A stretch of DNA of 64,000 nucleotides. It comes from Anaeromyxobacter sp. Its GTDB lineage: Bacteria; Myxococcota; Myxococcia; Myxococcales; Anaeromyxobacteraceae. Below, piece by piece: positions 1-12,335 of the stretch. The translations under genes were made by a program, and so were the position numbers. Each line of letters opens with the position of its first letter. Position 1 is the first letter of the stretch. The notes beneath the pieces are model-generated. The model made no database searches, had not been told where the DNA came from, and saw only the letters and a list, made by a program, of their open reading frames with translations. The stretch is from positions 192,001-256,000 of the forward strand of contig JASGJN010000014.1 of the NCBI GenBank assembly GCA_049840735.1, in the 5' to 3' direction.

Positions 1-707
1 TGCCCAGCATCGCGTCCGGCGCCAGGTCGGACTTGATGGCGTTCTTGTAGATGAAGCCGTAGGCGATGAAGGCCTCGCGCCAGCGCTTCTGCGTGTAGGC
101 CAGGTCGCCGGCGTGCTTGGCCGCGTCCGCCGCCTGCGGATCGGTGGGGAAGCGGACCACGTACTCGCTGTAGATTCTCGCGGGCCACGCCCAGGTTGCC
201 GGCCGACTCCTCCTGCCGGGCCAGGGCCAGGAAGCCCGGGCGATCGTCCGGCCTGGCCAGCCCCTGGATCTTCTGCTTGGCCTCCGCCTCGTCCAGCGCG
301 CCGCGCCCCTTGAGCGCGATGAAGCGGCGCTCGGTGCGGGCGTCGAGGTCGGCCAGCTGATCCTGGACCTGCTTGAGGTTGTGCTGCTCCGCCTCCAGGT
401 CACCCTTGGCGCGGGCCAGGTCGTCGGTGAGCCGCTGGACCTGCACGCCCAGGTCGGCGCCGCTGCGGCGCGAGACCGAGTTGAGCTCGTCCAGCTTGGC
501 CTGCACCTCGACGATCTTGCGGTCGACCTTCTCGACCCGATCGCGGACCAGGCGCTCCTGCTCCTGGAGCCGGCGCGCCTGATCCGAGGCGTCCGCCTCG
601 AGCTTGTCGAGGCGGGATTCCATCACCTGCCCCTGCTCCAGCGGCACCCAGCAGGCGCTGGGTGCCAGGAGCAGGAACAGGAGGACTCGAGACGCGTGAC
701 GGAGCAT
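1..707 (-). CDS. TPR/coiled-coil lipoprotein, CpoB(YbgF)-like; 3' end runs off the window; apparent +1 frameshift at ~175
   Basis: Read by hand: MLRHASRVLLFLLLAPSACW (lipobox-like), coiled coil, then TPR-like helices. Start overlaps the stop of the upstream OmpA/Pal gene (TGATG). Confidence 0.7.
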   Translation of the reverse strand, partial: MLRHASRVLLFLLLAPSACWVPLEQGQVMESRLDKLEADASDQARRLQEQERLVRDRVEKVDRKIVEVQAKLDELNSVSRRSGADLGVQVQRLTDDLARAKGDLEAEQHNLKQVQDQLADLDARTERRFIALKGRGALDEAEAKQKIQGLARPDDRPGFLALARQEESAGNLGVARENLQRVRGPLPHRSAGGGRGQARRRPGLHAEALARGLHRLRLHLQERHQVRPGAGRDAG

Positions 708-1429
708 CAGCGCTCGATCTTGAACTCGACGCGGCGGTTCCGGGCCCAGCAGGCCTCCGTCGCCTCGGTGCAGACCGGGTTCTCCTCGCCGTAGCTGACG
801 GTGTCGACCGTCCCGGCGGCGCCCAGGTCGGCCAGGTACTTCTTGGCGGACTCGGCGCGGCGGCTGCCCAGCGCGATGTTGTACTGCGCGGTGCCGCGCT
901 CGTCGGCGTAGCCGGCGCAGACCACGCGCTTGGCCGGGGCGGCCTTGAGGCACTGCGAGAGCTTCTGCAGCGAGCCCTGGGCGTCGGAGGTCAGGGTGGA
1001 CTGGTCGAAGCCGAAGACGACCGTGAAGGCCGCGGCGTCGGCGCAGTCGGCCGAGACGCTCGCCTTGCAGGCGCCGTTGACGCACTCGCCGTCGCCGCAG
1101 TCGGCGTTCTTGCGGCAGGTGCCCTCGGGCAGCGCGGCGCAGGCGCCGTTCACGCAGCCCTGGCCGGCGGGGCAGGTGGCGTCGTCGCAGGTGGCCTTGG
1201 CCGGGGCGGCCGGCGGCACGCACTTGTTGGACTCGCAGGCGAACCCGGCCTTGCAGTCGGAGTTCGTGGAGCACTCCTGGCAGCGCCCCTCGACGCAGAC
1301 CTTGCCGTAGCCGGCCTGCTCGGCGCAGTCGGCGGAGGACTTGCACTCGCCGTTGGCGGGCTTCTTGGGACAGCCGGTCAGGGCGAGGGCGCCGACGACG
1401 CAGAGTGCGAGAAGATGAACGCGATGCAT
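707..1429 (-). CDS. OmpA/Pal-family lipoprotein with Cys-rich N-terminal repeats
   Basis: Lipobox LTGC; C-terminal OmpA-like motifs FGFDQS, GYADERGTAQYNIALGSRRA, RNRRVEF. Confidence 0.9.
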   Translation of the reverse strand: MHRVHLLALCVVGALALTGCPKKPANGECKSSADCAEQAGYGKVCVEGRCQECSTNSDCKAGFACESNKCVPPAAPAKATCDDATCPAGQGCVNGACAALPEGTCRKNADCGDGECVNGACKASVSADCADAAAFTVVFGFDQSTLTSDAQGSLQKLSQCLKAAPAKRVVCAGYADERGTAQYNIALGSRRAESAKKYLADLGAAGTVDTVSYGEENPVCTEATEACWARNRRVEFKIER

Positions 1430-1552
1430 GTTGCCTCCGAGGGCTCGGGTGTGAGCGTTCCGGTCAGTTGAGAGAGCCCCTTATTTCCCCCTACCCGCGT
1501 CGAAGTCAAAGCTTTTCGGTCTGCCGGGACCAACCGGGTTAGCATTTGCCGC

Positions 1553-2911
<1,359 letters not shown>

Positions 2912-3072
2912 CGCCCGCCTGCCCCCGCGTCCGTCCGCCCGCAGCGCGTGTCGCCCGTGACACGCTGCCGCGCCGCCGCCCCCCCGGCGCGCAGGCGCGC
3001 ACCGGGGTGGTCCCGCGCCGCATCAGCCGTTTCCAGCGCCGGCCCGTCCCGGGGGGCCCTGGTCCGGGGCGC

Positions 3073-3087
3073 TGGCACGCCAGGTGC
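3073..3087 (+). promoter_or_regulatory. Sigma54 -24/-12 promoter upstream of PBP1A
   Basis: TGGCACGCCAGGTGC, a GG-N10-GC match. Confidence 0.6.
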
Positions 3088-3100
3088 TCCTGTGGGGCAC

Positions 3101-5880
3101 ATGGCCCACCGCCCCAGCACCGCTTTGCCCGAAACCGGGACGGGCGCTATCGTTCGGCCCCTCGCCTTGGCAACCTCCGCAGAAAGCCCCGCCCGCCCGG
3201 CTGCCTCACCGGCCGCGGCCAGCGGGCAGGAGCCGCGCGTGCGCCTTCGCCTCAAGCCCCGGACCCGCAAGGTGCTCCGGTACATCGCCCTCTCGCTCGT
3301 GGGCCTGGTGCTCGTCGCCGCCGGCGTGGTCTTCGCCTGGACGCGCGAGCTGCCCGCCTTCGACGGGCTCAAGGACTACCGGCCGCTGGTCTCCACCCGC
3401 GTCTTCGGCCCGAGGGGCGAGGAGCTCTTCCAGTTCGCGCGCGAGCGCCGGACCGTGGTCCCCATCGGCGAGATCCCCGACGTGCTCAAGAAGGCGGTCA
3501 TCGCCTCCGAGGACGCGCGCTTCTACCAGCACGAGGGCGTGAACTACCTCGCCATCTTCCGCTGCGCCGCCCGCGGCGTGCTGCGGGGCGGCCACGTCAC
3601 CTGCGGCGGCTCCACCATCACCCAGCAGGTGGTGAAGACCTTCCTGCTCTCGACCGAGTGGAAGCCCAAGCGCAAGGTGAAGGAGCTGGTCCTCGCGCCG
3701 CGCCTCGAGCAAAACCTGAAGAAGGACGAGATCCTCTATCTCTACCTGAACCGAGATCTACCTCGGCCACCTGCGCTACGGCGTGGAGGAGGCGAGCCGG
3801 TTCTACTTCGGCAAGGGCGTGAAGGACCTGACGCTGGGCGAGGCGGCCACGCTGGCCGGCACCATCCAGTCGCCCATGCGCCTCTCGCCGGTGAACCACC
3901 CCGCCGCCGCCAAGCGGCGCCAGGAGTACGTGCTGCGCCGCATGCGCGAGGAGGGGTTCATCACCGACGCGCAGCTCAAGGCCGAGCTGGCCCGCCCCAT
4001 CCACACCCGCCCGCCGGAGCCCAACCCGCCGGGCGCCTGGTACGCCGACGCGGTCCGCAAGTACCTGGACGAGCGGTACGGCGCCGAGGCGGTAGAGACG
4101 CAGGGGTTCCAGGTGGACGTGGCCATGGACCCGCTGCTGCAGCGCTACGCCGAGGAGGCGCTGGAGGCCGGGCTGCGCGCGGTGGACAAGCGGCAGGGCT
4201 GGCGCGGGCCGGTGCTGCACCTGGAGCCGGCGCGCCTGCAGGCGGCGCTGCCGCTCTGGCGCGCGCGGCTGGAGTCGATCGACCCGGCGCCGGGCCAGGT
4301 GCTGGTCTGGGACCTGGGCAAGGTGAACCCGGAGGACATCGCGCCGGACGAGGAGCGCGAGCAGGACGTGGCCCGCATGGCCCGCGCCCGCCCGCTGGCC
4401 ACCGGCGAGGTCTACGCCGGGCTGGTGGTGGCGGTGGAGGACAAGGTCGCCACCGTGGACCTGGGCAACGCGCGCGGCGAGATCCCGATCTCCGACGTGG
4501 GCTGGGCCCGCAAGTGGAACCCCGTGGCCGCCACCGCGGCGCCGCGCAAGCTCTCGGCGGTGGTGGCCGAGGGCGACGTGGTGCTGGTCCGGGTCATGAA
4601 CGGCAAGGTGCCGCCGGAGCGCGCGGTGCGGGAGGGCAAGCCGCTGCCGCTGTCGCTGGAGCAGACGCCGGCGGTGCAGGGCGCCCTGGTGGCCATCGAC
4701 CCGGAGACGCGCGGCGTGCGCGCGCTGGTGGGCGGCTACGACTTCGGCACCTCGCAGTTCAACCGCGCGCTGCAGGCCAAGCGGCAGCCGGGCTCGGCCA
4801 TGAAGGCCCTGGTCTGGGGCGCCGCGGTCGAGTCGCGCCGGTTCACGCCCTCCACCCTGGTCTACGACACCCCGGACCTCTACCGCGATCCCTGGACCGG
4901 CAAGGAGTGGAAGCCGCGCAACTTCGAGAAGGACCAGTTCGACGGCCCCATCCTGCTGGGCACGGCGCTGGCCCACTCCAAGAACACCGTCTCGGTGAAG
5001 CTGGTGGACGCGCTGGGCGTGGACGCGGTGATCGACTTCTCCCACCGGATGGGCGTGGGCTCCGACCTGCCGCGCAACCTGACGCTGGCGCTGGGGACCG
5101 GCGAGGTCTTCCCGCTGGAGCTGGTCAACGCCTACGCCAGCCTGGCCGCGCAGGGCTACGTGGCGGAGCCGCGCCTGGTGCTGGGCGTCCGCGACCGCAC
5201 CGGGCAGGTGCTGGAGGAGGCGCCGCCGCTGGTGCCCGCCCAGCCCGTCGCCCCGGCGCCGGTCACGGCCGAGCCGGTGCCCGCCGCCGCCGCCACCGAC
5301 GGCGGCGTCGAGGCCGCGCCCACCCAGGGCGGCTCGGCGGCCCCGGCCGTGCCGGTGGCCGCGGAGGCCGCGCCGGCCCCGCTGCCGCCCTTCCCGCTCC
5401 CCGAGCACGGGACGCGGCCGGACGTGGCCTTCGTGACCACCGCCATGCTGCGGCAGGTGATCGACAACGGCACCGGCGTGGCCGCCCGGGCGCTGGGGCG
5501 CCCCGCCGCCGGCAAGACCGGCACCACGCAGGATCACCGCGACGCCTGGTTCGTGGGCTACACGCCGGAGCTGGTGGCCGGCGTCTGGGTCGGGTTCGAC
5601 GACCACTCGCCGCTCGGCCCGCGCGAGACCGGCGCCATGGCCGCCCTGCCGCCCTGGCTCGCCTTCATGCAGGCCGCGCTGGGCGGCCGGCCGCCGGCCG
5701 ACTTCCCGCTGGTGCCGGGCGTGGAGCTGGTGCGCATCGAATCCGACCAGCGGCCAGCTGGCCGGGCCGGAGGCGCCGGCGGCGCCCTTCCTGCCCTTCG
5801 TGACCGGGACCGCGCCCACCCAGACCGCGCAGCGCCACCCGGGGGCGGCCCCGGAGAACTTCTTCATGGACGACCGGTGA
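3101..5880 (+). CDS. Penicillin-binding protein 1A; apparent +1 frameshifts at ~3753 and ~5740; start uncertain
   Basis: SEDARFYQH, GGSTITQQVVK, RQPGSAMK, SKN and KTG motifs. Corrected C-terminus ends ...ENFFMDDR at TGA 5878-5880. Confidence 0.9.
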
Positions 5881-5929
5881 GCGGGACGGCCCAGGCCTAG
5901 TCCCCTCCCAGCCGTGGTAGGAGACCTCC

Positions 5930-7270
5930 GTGTCCCCCGTCGCGCTGCTCCTGGCCGCCGCCCTCGCCGCCCCGCCGGCCGCCCCGCCCCCCGCCGCCCT
6001 CGCCGACGCCGCCGGCCGCCTGGCCGCGGCGCTCGGTCCACCCGCCGAGGGGCGCCGCGCCCTGGCGCTGAGCGTGGAGACCCGCGCCCCGGCGCTGGCC
6101 AGCCCGCTGGCCGCCGCGCTGGAGGCCGCGCTGGCGCAGCAGGGCTACGCCGTGACGCGCCCGCCGCGCGGGCAGGACGACCCCGAGGGCGCGGCCCGCG
6201 CCGCCGGCCAGGACTGGCTGCTGCACGTGCAGGGCGGGCTGGTGCCGGGCCGGCCCGAGCTGGCCCTGGTGGGCGAGGCCATCCCGGCCTGGGCCTCCTT
6301 CTTCCTGCAGCGCCACCCCGGGGTGCGCCCGGTGCCGCCCAAGGTGCTGCAGGCGCGCGTCGCGGTGGATCCGGAGACGCTGCTCCTGGCGCGCGAGCAC
6401 CGGCCCGCCGGCGCCCCCTTCGCCACGCTCCGCACCCTGGGGCGCGTGCACGGCCCGGTGCTGGCGCTGGCGGTCGGCGATCCGGGCGGCGGCGGCCTCG
6501 CCATCGCCGCGGCGCTCCCCGCCACCGACCTGCTCCTCACCGCGCAGGGCGGCGAGCTGGCCCGGCGCGAGCTCGATCCCGCCGGCTGGCGCCCGGTGCG
6601 TGCGCCCGCCGCGGCGGTGGTGATGGGACCGTTCGGCGGCGGCCGGCTGGCGGTTACCCGCGCCGGCGCGCCCCGCGCCGAGGTGCTGGTGCGCCGCGGC
6701 GACCGGCTGGAGGCGGTGGCCGCGCTGGCGTCCCCGGCCCTCTGCGCCGGCGAGGCGGGCCGGCTGTTCGGCCAGTACGCCCCCGGCGCCGGCGCGCTGC
6801 TGGACGCGCTCTCGCCCACCGCCGATCCCGGCACCCCGCCGCGCTCCCCGCGGCTCCTGGCCGGCGTGGCGGCCGCCCCGCGCGGCGGCGCGCCCGCCTT
6901 CGCGGCGCTGGCGCAGGACGGCCGGCTGGAGCTGCTCGACGCCGCCCTCCGCCCGGTGGGCCCACCGCTGCCTGGCGTGGGCGCCGGGTTCGCGCTGGCC
7001 GACCTGGACGGCGACGGCGCCGCCGAGGTGGTGGCCTCGTCCCCCGCGCCGACCGCCCCCGACCGCCTCCGCGTGCTGGCGACGCGGCCGGACGCGCCCC
7101 CGCTGCTGGAGTCGCCGCCCTTCGACGGCCTGATCCAGGCGGCCGCCGCCGGCGACCTGACCGGCGACGGCGTGGACGACGCGGTGCTGGCGGTGGTGGG
7201 CCGCGGCGCCGACGGCGCCCCCTTCACCGACCTGGTGCTCGTCACCGCCGACCCCCGGGAGCTGCCGTGA
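5930..7270 (+). CDS. Secreted protein with FG-GAP/VCBS-like repeats
   Basis: Signal peptide; ADLDGDGAAEVV and GDLTGDGVDDAV motifs. Confidence 0.7.
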   Translation: MSPVALLLAAALAAPPAAPPPAALADAAGRLAAALGPPAEGRRALALSVETRAPALASPLAAALEAALAQQGYAVTRPPRGQDDPEGAARAAGQDWLLHVQGGLVPGRPELALVGEAIPAWASFFLQRHPGVRPVPPKVLQARVAVDPETLLLAREHRPAGAPFATLRTLGRVHGPVLALAVGDPGGGGLAIAAALPATDLLLTAQGGELARRELDPAGWRPVRAPAAAVVMGPFGGGRLAVTRAGAPRAEVLVRRGDRLEAVAALASPALCAGEAGRLFGQYAPGAGALLDALSPTADPGTPPRSPRLLAGVAAAPRGGAPAFAALAQDGRLELLDAALRPVGPPLPGVGAGFALADLDGDGAAEVVASSPAPTAPDRLRVLATRPDAPPLLESPPFDGLIQAAAAGDLTGDGVDDAVLAVVGRGADGAPFTDLVLVTADPRELP

Positions 7271-8697
7271 GATGCGCCCTGCTGGCCGCGCTGGCGCTGG
7301 CCCTGGCCCTGCTCCTCCCCGCGCCGACGGCGCTGGCCGTGGCCCGCCCCGCCTACGGCGGCGAGCTGCGCCTGCTGCTGCCCGCCGTCCCGCGCGCGGT
7401 GGAGCCCGGGCGCGCCGTGGAGCCGGCCGACGTGCTGCTGATGCGCGCGCTCCACGCCACGCCGCTGGAGCTGGACGCGGACGGCCGCCTGGTGCCCGGG
7501 CTGCTGGAGGAGGTGCCGGCGCCGCAGGTGGGCGGCCGCGCCTTCCGGCTGCGGCTCCGCCCCGGCCTGCGCTTCTCCGACGGCACGCCGCTCGGGGCAC
7601 AGGACGTGGCCGCGAGCCTGGCCCGCCTGCTCCGCCGCGACGTGCCCGGCGCCTGGGTGGCCCTGCCCATCCTCGGCGCCGACGCCCTGCTGGACGGCCG
7701 CGCCGCCGCGCTGGCGGGCGTGCAGGTGCTGTCCGACCGCGAGCTCCTGGTCACGCTGGCCTTCCCCTTGCCGGAGTGGCCCTGGGCCCTGGCGGCGCCG
7801 GCCGCGGCCGTCACCTCGCCGCGCGGCGCCGGGGCCGGTCCCTTCCGGCTGGTGAGCCTCGACGCGGGCGGCGCGCGGCTGGCGCAGAACCCCGAGCACC
7901 ACCGCGGGCGCCCCTTCGCCGACGCGCTCTGGCTGGGCGCCGCCGACGCGCGCGCCGCGGCCCGCGCGCTGGAGCGGGGCGAGGTGGACGGCGTGCTCCG
8001 GCCGGAGGCGGCCAGCCCCGACGCGGTGGCCGGGCCGGCGCTCACCGCCACGGTGGTCGCGCAGAACCCCGGGCGGCTAGGCGCGGCCGCCGAGCCGGTG
8101 CGCCGGGCCCTGCTGGCGCTGGACCGGGCCGAGCTGGCGCGCCGCTTCGTGCGCGGCCCGTCGGCCCCGCTGGAGACGGTGGTGCCGCCGGGGCTCCTGC
8201 CCGCGCCGCCGTTGCCGGCCCCTGCCCCGACCGCCGCCGCGGCGCCGGCCCAGGCCGCGCTGCTGGTGCTGGCGACCGCGCCGGACGGCCGGGCCGTGGC
8301 CGACCGGCTCCAGGTGCAGCTCTCCGACCGCGGCGTCCGGCTGGCGGTGCAGGCCGAGCCGCCCGAGCGCTACGCGGCGCGCCTGGCCGCCGGCGACTAC
8401 GACCTGGCGCTGGTGGCCGGGCCGCCGGTGGCGCTGCAGCCCTCGCTGGCGGCGGGCGCCGTGGCGCTGGCGGTGCGCGGGCCGGCGGCGGCGCGCCAGG
8501 CCATGGCCGGCCTGGCCGGGCTGGACGCGGGCGCGGCGCAGCCCCGCGCCGCCGGGCTCTCGGCCGCGCTGCAGGTGGTCCCGCTCCACGCGTCCGGGCT
8601 GCGCGCCACGGCGGCCCCGGCGCTGCAGGGCTGGTCGCCCCGGGCCGACGGCACGGTGGACCCGGGCGATCTGTGGCGGCTGGGAGGCGGCCGGTGA
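7267..8697 (+). CDS. Family-5 (peptide/nickel-type) solute-binding protein
   Basis: GTG overlaps the upstream stop; signal peptide; PAYGGELR, FRLRLRPGLRFSDGTPL, GAGPFRL. Confidence 0.8.
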   Translation: MRCALLAALALALALLLPAPTALAVARPAYGGELRLLLPAVPRAVEPGRAVEPADVLLMRALHATPLELDADGRLVPGLLEEVPAPQVGGRAFRLRLRPGLRFSDGTPLGAQDVAASLARLLRRDVPGAWVALPILGADALLDGRAAALAGVQVLSDRELLVTLAFPLPEWPWALAAPAAAVTSPRGAGAGPFRLVSLDAGGARLAQNPEHHRGRPFADALWLGAADARAAARALERGEVDGVLRPEAASPDAVAGPALTATVVAQNPGRLGAAAEPVRRALLALDRAELARRFVRGPSAPLETVVPPGLLPAPPLPAPAPTAAAAPAQAALLVLATAPDGRAVADRLQVQLSDRGVRLAVQAEPPERYAARLAAGDYDLALVAGPPVALQPSLAAGAVALAVRGPAAARQAMAGLAGLDAGAAQPRAAGLSAALQVVPLHASGLRATAAPALQGWSPRADGTVDPGDLWRLGGGR

Positions 8698-10442
8698 GGC
8701 TCCGCACGCAGCTGGCGATCCTGTTCGCGCTCTTCGCGGTCATCCCGCTGGCGGCGGCGCTCGCCCCGGTGACCCGCGCCCTCTCCCTGGCGCTCGACCA
8801 CGAGCACGCGGCGCGCCTGGACGGCGCCGCCCACGCGGTGGAGGGCGAGCTGGCCCGCCTCGCCGAGGAGGCGGCGGCCCACGTGGCCGAGCTGGCCCGC
8901 AGCCCCGACGCCGAGGGGTTCGCGCGCGACCTGGAGGCCGGGCTGGTGGGCCCGGCGGAGGCGGCGGAGCGGGCCGGCGAGTGGATGCCGGCGCGCGGCC
9001 TGGACCTGCTGGCGGTGACCTCGCCGGAGGGTCAGGTGATCAGCGCCGGCCACCTCCCCGGCCGCGCCGGCGACGTGGACCCGGAGCTGCGCGACCTCTT
9101 GCGGGCGGTGCCCGCGGGGCGCGCCACGCCGCGAGTCCTCTCGCGCGCGGGCACGGCCGGGCTGCAGCGGGTGCTGGCGCTGGTGGCCTGGCAGCCGGTG
9201 CCCGGCGAGCCGCCGCTGCGCGTGGCCGGCGGCCTGGCGCTGGACGAGGAGCAGGCCCGGCGGCTGGCGGCGCTGACCGGCGCGGCGGTGGTCATCCGCG
9301 GCCCGCAGGGCGAGACGCTGGCCGAGGCCAGCGCGCCGGCGGCGGCGGGGCAGCCGCTGGTGGCGCGCCTGGGGGCGCGGCTGGGGATGGGGCTGGGCGG
9401 CGGCGCCCGGCGCGAGCTGGCGCTCGGGCCGGCGGGCGCGCCGGCCGGGACGGTGGAGGTGATGGTGGCCTCGGCCGGGCTGGCGCGGACGGCCGGGACG
9501 GTGCTCTTGGCCTTCCTGGGCGCGCTGCTGGTGGGCGGGCTGGCGGCGGCGGCGGTCGGGGCGGTGGTGGCCTCGCGCTTCACGCGGCCGGTGGAGGCGC
9601 TGCGCGAGGCGGCGGCGCAGGTGGCCGGCGGCGACCTGGGCGCGCGGGTGGGGGCCAGGGCCTCCGGCGAGGTGGGCGAGCTGGTGCGCGCCTTCAACGC
9701 CATGACCGAGGACCTGGCGCTGGGGCGCTCGCGGCTGGCCCAGGCCGAGCGCGTGGCGGCCTGGCGCGAGGTGGCGCGCCGGCTGGCCCACGAGATCAAG
9801 AACCCGCTCACGCCCATCGCCATGAGCGTCGAGACGCTGCGCGACGCGCAGGCGGCGGGGCGGAAGGACTTCCCGGAGATCTTCGACGAGGGCACCCGCG
9901 CCATCGGCGAGGAGGTGCGCCGGCTGAAGCGGATCGTCGACGAGTTCAGCCGCTTCGCCCGGCTGCCGGCGCCGGAGCGGACGCCGGTGGCGCCGGACGA
10001 GCTGGTCGGCTCGGTGCGGGCGCTCTTCCCGGCGGCGCCGGAGGGCGTGGCGCTCACCGCCGACGTGGCGCCGGAGCTCCCGCCGGTGCTGGCGGACCGC
10101 GACCAGGTCCTGCAGGTGCTGCTCAACCTGGTGCGCAACGCCCTCGACGCCATGGCCGGCGCCGGCGGCCGCCTGACGCTGGGCGCGCGCCGCGCCGGCG
10201 GCGAGGTGATCTTCTCGGTGGCCGACACCGGCCCCGGCATCCCGCCGGAGGACCTGGCGCGGGTCTTCGAGCCCTACTTCACGACCAAGGAGGGCGGCAC
10301 CGGCCTGGGCCTGGCCATCGCGCAGCGGATCGCCGAGGAGCACGGCGGCCGGCTGGAGGCGCGCTCCGAGCCGGGGCGCGGGGCGACCTTCGAGCTGGCG
10401 CTGCCGGTGGCGGGCGAGCCGGCGCAGAGCCGGCCCGCCTGA
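8694..10442 (+). CDS. HAMP sensor histidine kinase (NtrY-like)
   Basis: Two TM segments, HAMP, AWREVARRLAHEIKNPLTPI H-box, N/G1/F/G2 boxes; GTGA overlap with the previous gene. Confidence 0.92.
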   Translation: MRLRTQLAILFALFAVIPLAAALAPVTRALSLALDHEHAARLDGAAHAVEGELARLAEEAAAHVAELARSPDAEGFARDLEAGLVGPAEAAERAGEWMPARGLDLLAVTSPEGQVISAGHLPGRAGDVDPELRDLLRAVPAGRATPRVLSRAGTAGLQRVLALVAWQPVPGEPPLRVAGGLALDEEQARRLAALTGAAVVIRGPQGETLAEASAPAAAGQPLVARLGARLGMGLGGGARRELALGPAGAPAGTVEVMVASAGLARTAGTVLLAFLGALLVGGLAAAAVGAVVASRFTRPVEALREAAAQVAGGDLGARVGARASGEVGELVRAFNAMTEDLALGRSRLAQAERVAAWREVARRLAHEIKNPLTPIAMSVETLRDAQAAGRKDFPEIFDEGTRAIGEEVRRLKRIVDEFSRFARLPAPERTPVAPDELVGSVRALFPAAPEGVALTADVAPELPPVLADRDQVLQVLLNLVRNALDAMAGAGGRLTLGARRAGGEVIFSVADTGPGIPPEDLARVFEPYFTTKEGGTGLGLAIAQRIAEEHGGRLEARSEPGRGATFELALPVAGEPAQSRPA

Positions 10443-10524
10443 GGCGGACCCGCTCGCCCTGCGACAGGCCCAGGCGAGCGGAGAGGACCGGCCACTTGCC
10501 GCGCTGGCAAGGTCCAGCCAGGAT

Positions 10525-10593
10525 CCCGTTCTTCCTGAGCGCAGCGAGCCGGCCCGTTTCCAGGCCGGCTCGCGGAGTCGAAGGAGGAACGGG
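10525..10593 (-). repeat. REP-like element, copy 1
   Basis: Reverse of CCTTCGACTCCG-[hairpin]-CT(A/G)CGCTCAGG..GAACGG. Confidence 0.8.
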
Positions 10594-10603
10594 CGCTGAT
10601 CGC

Positions 10604-12298
10604 CTACCGCACCGGGGTGGCCTTCAGCGCCGCCTTGCCTTCCTTCACGTAGACGGCGAACCGCACCGTCTTGCAGGCGTACTTGGCGACCAGCGCGGCC
10701 TTGTTGGCCTCGAGCTTCTGGCGGAAGCGGTCGAAGGTGAGCCCCTCGGCCGGCTCGCCGCACTCGGTGCGCACGCGGACGAACTCGCGGAACACCTCGC
10801 GCCAGTGCTGCTGCTCGGAGTCCTCCTCGGCCGGCGCGGCGGCGACCGGCGCTGGGGTGGGCGCGGAGACCGGGGCCGGCGGCGGCGCGGGCGGGGGCGC
10901 CGAGGGGCGGGGCGCGGCCACCGGGGCGGCCTCGAAGGCGGTCCCGGTGAGCGTGGGGGCCTCGACCGGGGGCGGCGTCTCGAGCGGCGCCGGGGCGGTG
11001 CGCGGGCCGCGGATGGGCAGGGCGAAGGGGTCGCCCTCCGGCTCGGGGGCCGGCTCGTTGCGCTGGAAGAACTCCTGGGTGACGGACGGGGAGGAGGCGG
11101 AGGCCGTCGCCATGCGGCCGGCGCCCTCGGCGGCCTCGGCCGCCTTGTTGAGGGCAGAGGCGACGGTCCCGACCTTGCCCGCCATCACGGGCGCGCGGAC
11201 CGAGAAGTCGCCCCGCTCCATCTTGCTGGCCACCTCCACCAGCTCGGGCGGCACCGGGGCGGCGACCTCGGTGGGCTTGACCAGCACCGAGAAGAGCAGC
11301 GCCAGGAGCGCGATCAGCGCGGCGCCCCAGATCACCAGCGCCTGGGCCCGGCCCACCGGGTCGAGCGCGCCGCCCGTGGGCACCGCCACCAGCAGCGCGC
11401 CGCCGGCCAGCCCCAGCAGCGGCGCGCGCTTCACGCGCAGCGCCGGGAGCTTGCCGGTGAGCGACGGCAGCGGCGGCAGCTTGACCCCGTAGAGCTCGAG
11501 CCGCACCGCCGGCAGCTCGCCCACGTCGCGCGTGCCCTTCTTCACGGCGTCGAGCAGCGCCGGCACCTGCACGGTCTTGTCGCTGGCGATGGGCTTCACG
11601 CCCGGCGCGGTCAGCACGCCGGCGGCGCCGGTGTCGGCCACCGCGGTGGCGACCCAGCGCTCGTCCACCAGCGCGAACACGCCCAGGGCCGCACCGTCAC
11701 CGGCCGGCACCGCCACGCCGTAGGCCAGCCGGTCGCCCAGCACGCGCCAGCCCTGCTGGACCTTGCCGTCCAGGGCGGCCTTGACCAGCTCCACCGCGGC
11801 CGCCTCGGCCGGCGCGGCCGGGCGGCGGTCCAGCCCCTCGCGCGTGCCGGCGATCACCAGCCGCTCCGGGGTCACCACGGCGGCGGTGCCGTTGGGGGTG
11901 GGCGCGCGCAGCGGCTCGTTGACCGGCAGGAGCAGCCGCTCGGCCTCGGCGACCGCGGCCTGCGCGGCCTCGGACACGGCGGCGTCGAGCGCGGCCGGGT
12001 CCTGCGGCGGGGGCGGCGGCGGGGCGCGGCGCCTCTTGCCGGCGTCCTCGGGCTCGGCCTGCTGCGGGCCGGCCAGGGCGGCGGCCAGGCGCGGGTCACG
12101 CGCGGCGGCCTGCGCCACGCCGGCCAGCCGGGCGGAGGTGGAGCGCTCCGCGCCGCGCGCGGCGGCGATGGCCGCGTCGATCCGGAGGTCCAGGCCCGAC
12201 AGGGCTGGCCCGCGGAGCTCCACGGACAGTGGATAGAGCGACGCGAGCGCCAGGCCGACGACGACCAGCGCGAAGAGCCAGAGCTTGAGCCGGTTCAT
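10604..12298 (-). CDS. Membrane protein with HAMP-like region, Pro-rich linker and MXAN_5187-like C-terminal domain
   Basis: C-terminus WREVFREFVRVRTECGE...FAVYVKEGKAALKATP, recognised from memory as this myxobacterial family. Confidence 0.75.
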   Translation of the reverse strand: MNRLKLWLFALVVVGLALASLYPLSVELRGPALSGLDLRIDAAIAAARGAERSTSARLAGVAQAAARDPRLAAALAGPQQAEPEDAGKRRRAPPPPPPQDPAALDAAVSEAAQAAVAEAERLLLPVNEPLRAPTPNGTAAVVTPERLVIAGTREGLDRRPAAPAEAAAVELVKAALDGKVQQGWRVLGDRLAYGVAVPAGDGAALGVFALVDERWVATAVADTGAAGVLTAPGVKPIASDKTVQVPALLDAVKKGTRDVGELPAVRLELYGVKLPPLPSLTGKLPALRVKRAPLLGLAGGALLVAVPTGGALDPVGRAQALVIWGAALIALLALLFSVLVKPTEVAAPVPPELVEVASKMERGDFSVRAPVMAGKVGTVASALNKAAEAAEGAGRMATASASSPSVTQEFFQRNEPAPEPEGDPFALPIRGPRTAPAPLETPPPVEAPTLTGTAFEAAPVAAPRPSAPPPAPPPAPVSAPTPAPVAAAPAEEDSEQQHWREVFREFVRVRTECGEPAEGLTFDRFRQKLEANKAALVAKYACKTVRFAVYVKEGKAALKATPVR

Positions 12299-12306
12299 CG
12301 TCGGCC

Positions 12307-12335
12307 GTTATAGGCGCGCATCGAGGGGGTGTCAA
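12307..12335 (-). promoter_or_regulatory. Sigma70 promoter, near-leaderless
   Basis: TTGACA-17-TATAAC, ending 8 nt before ATG 12298. Confidence 0.75.
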
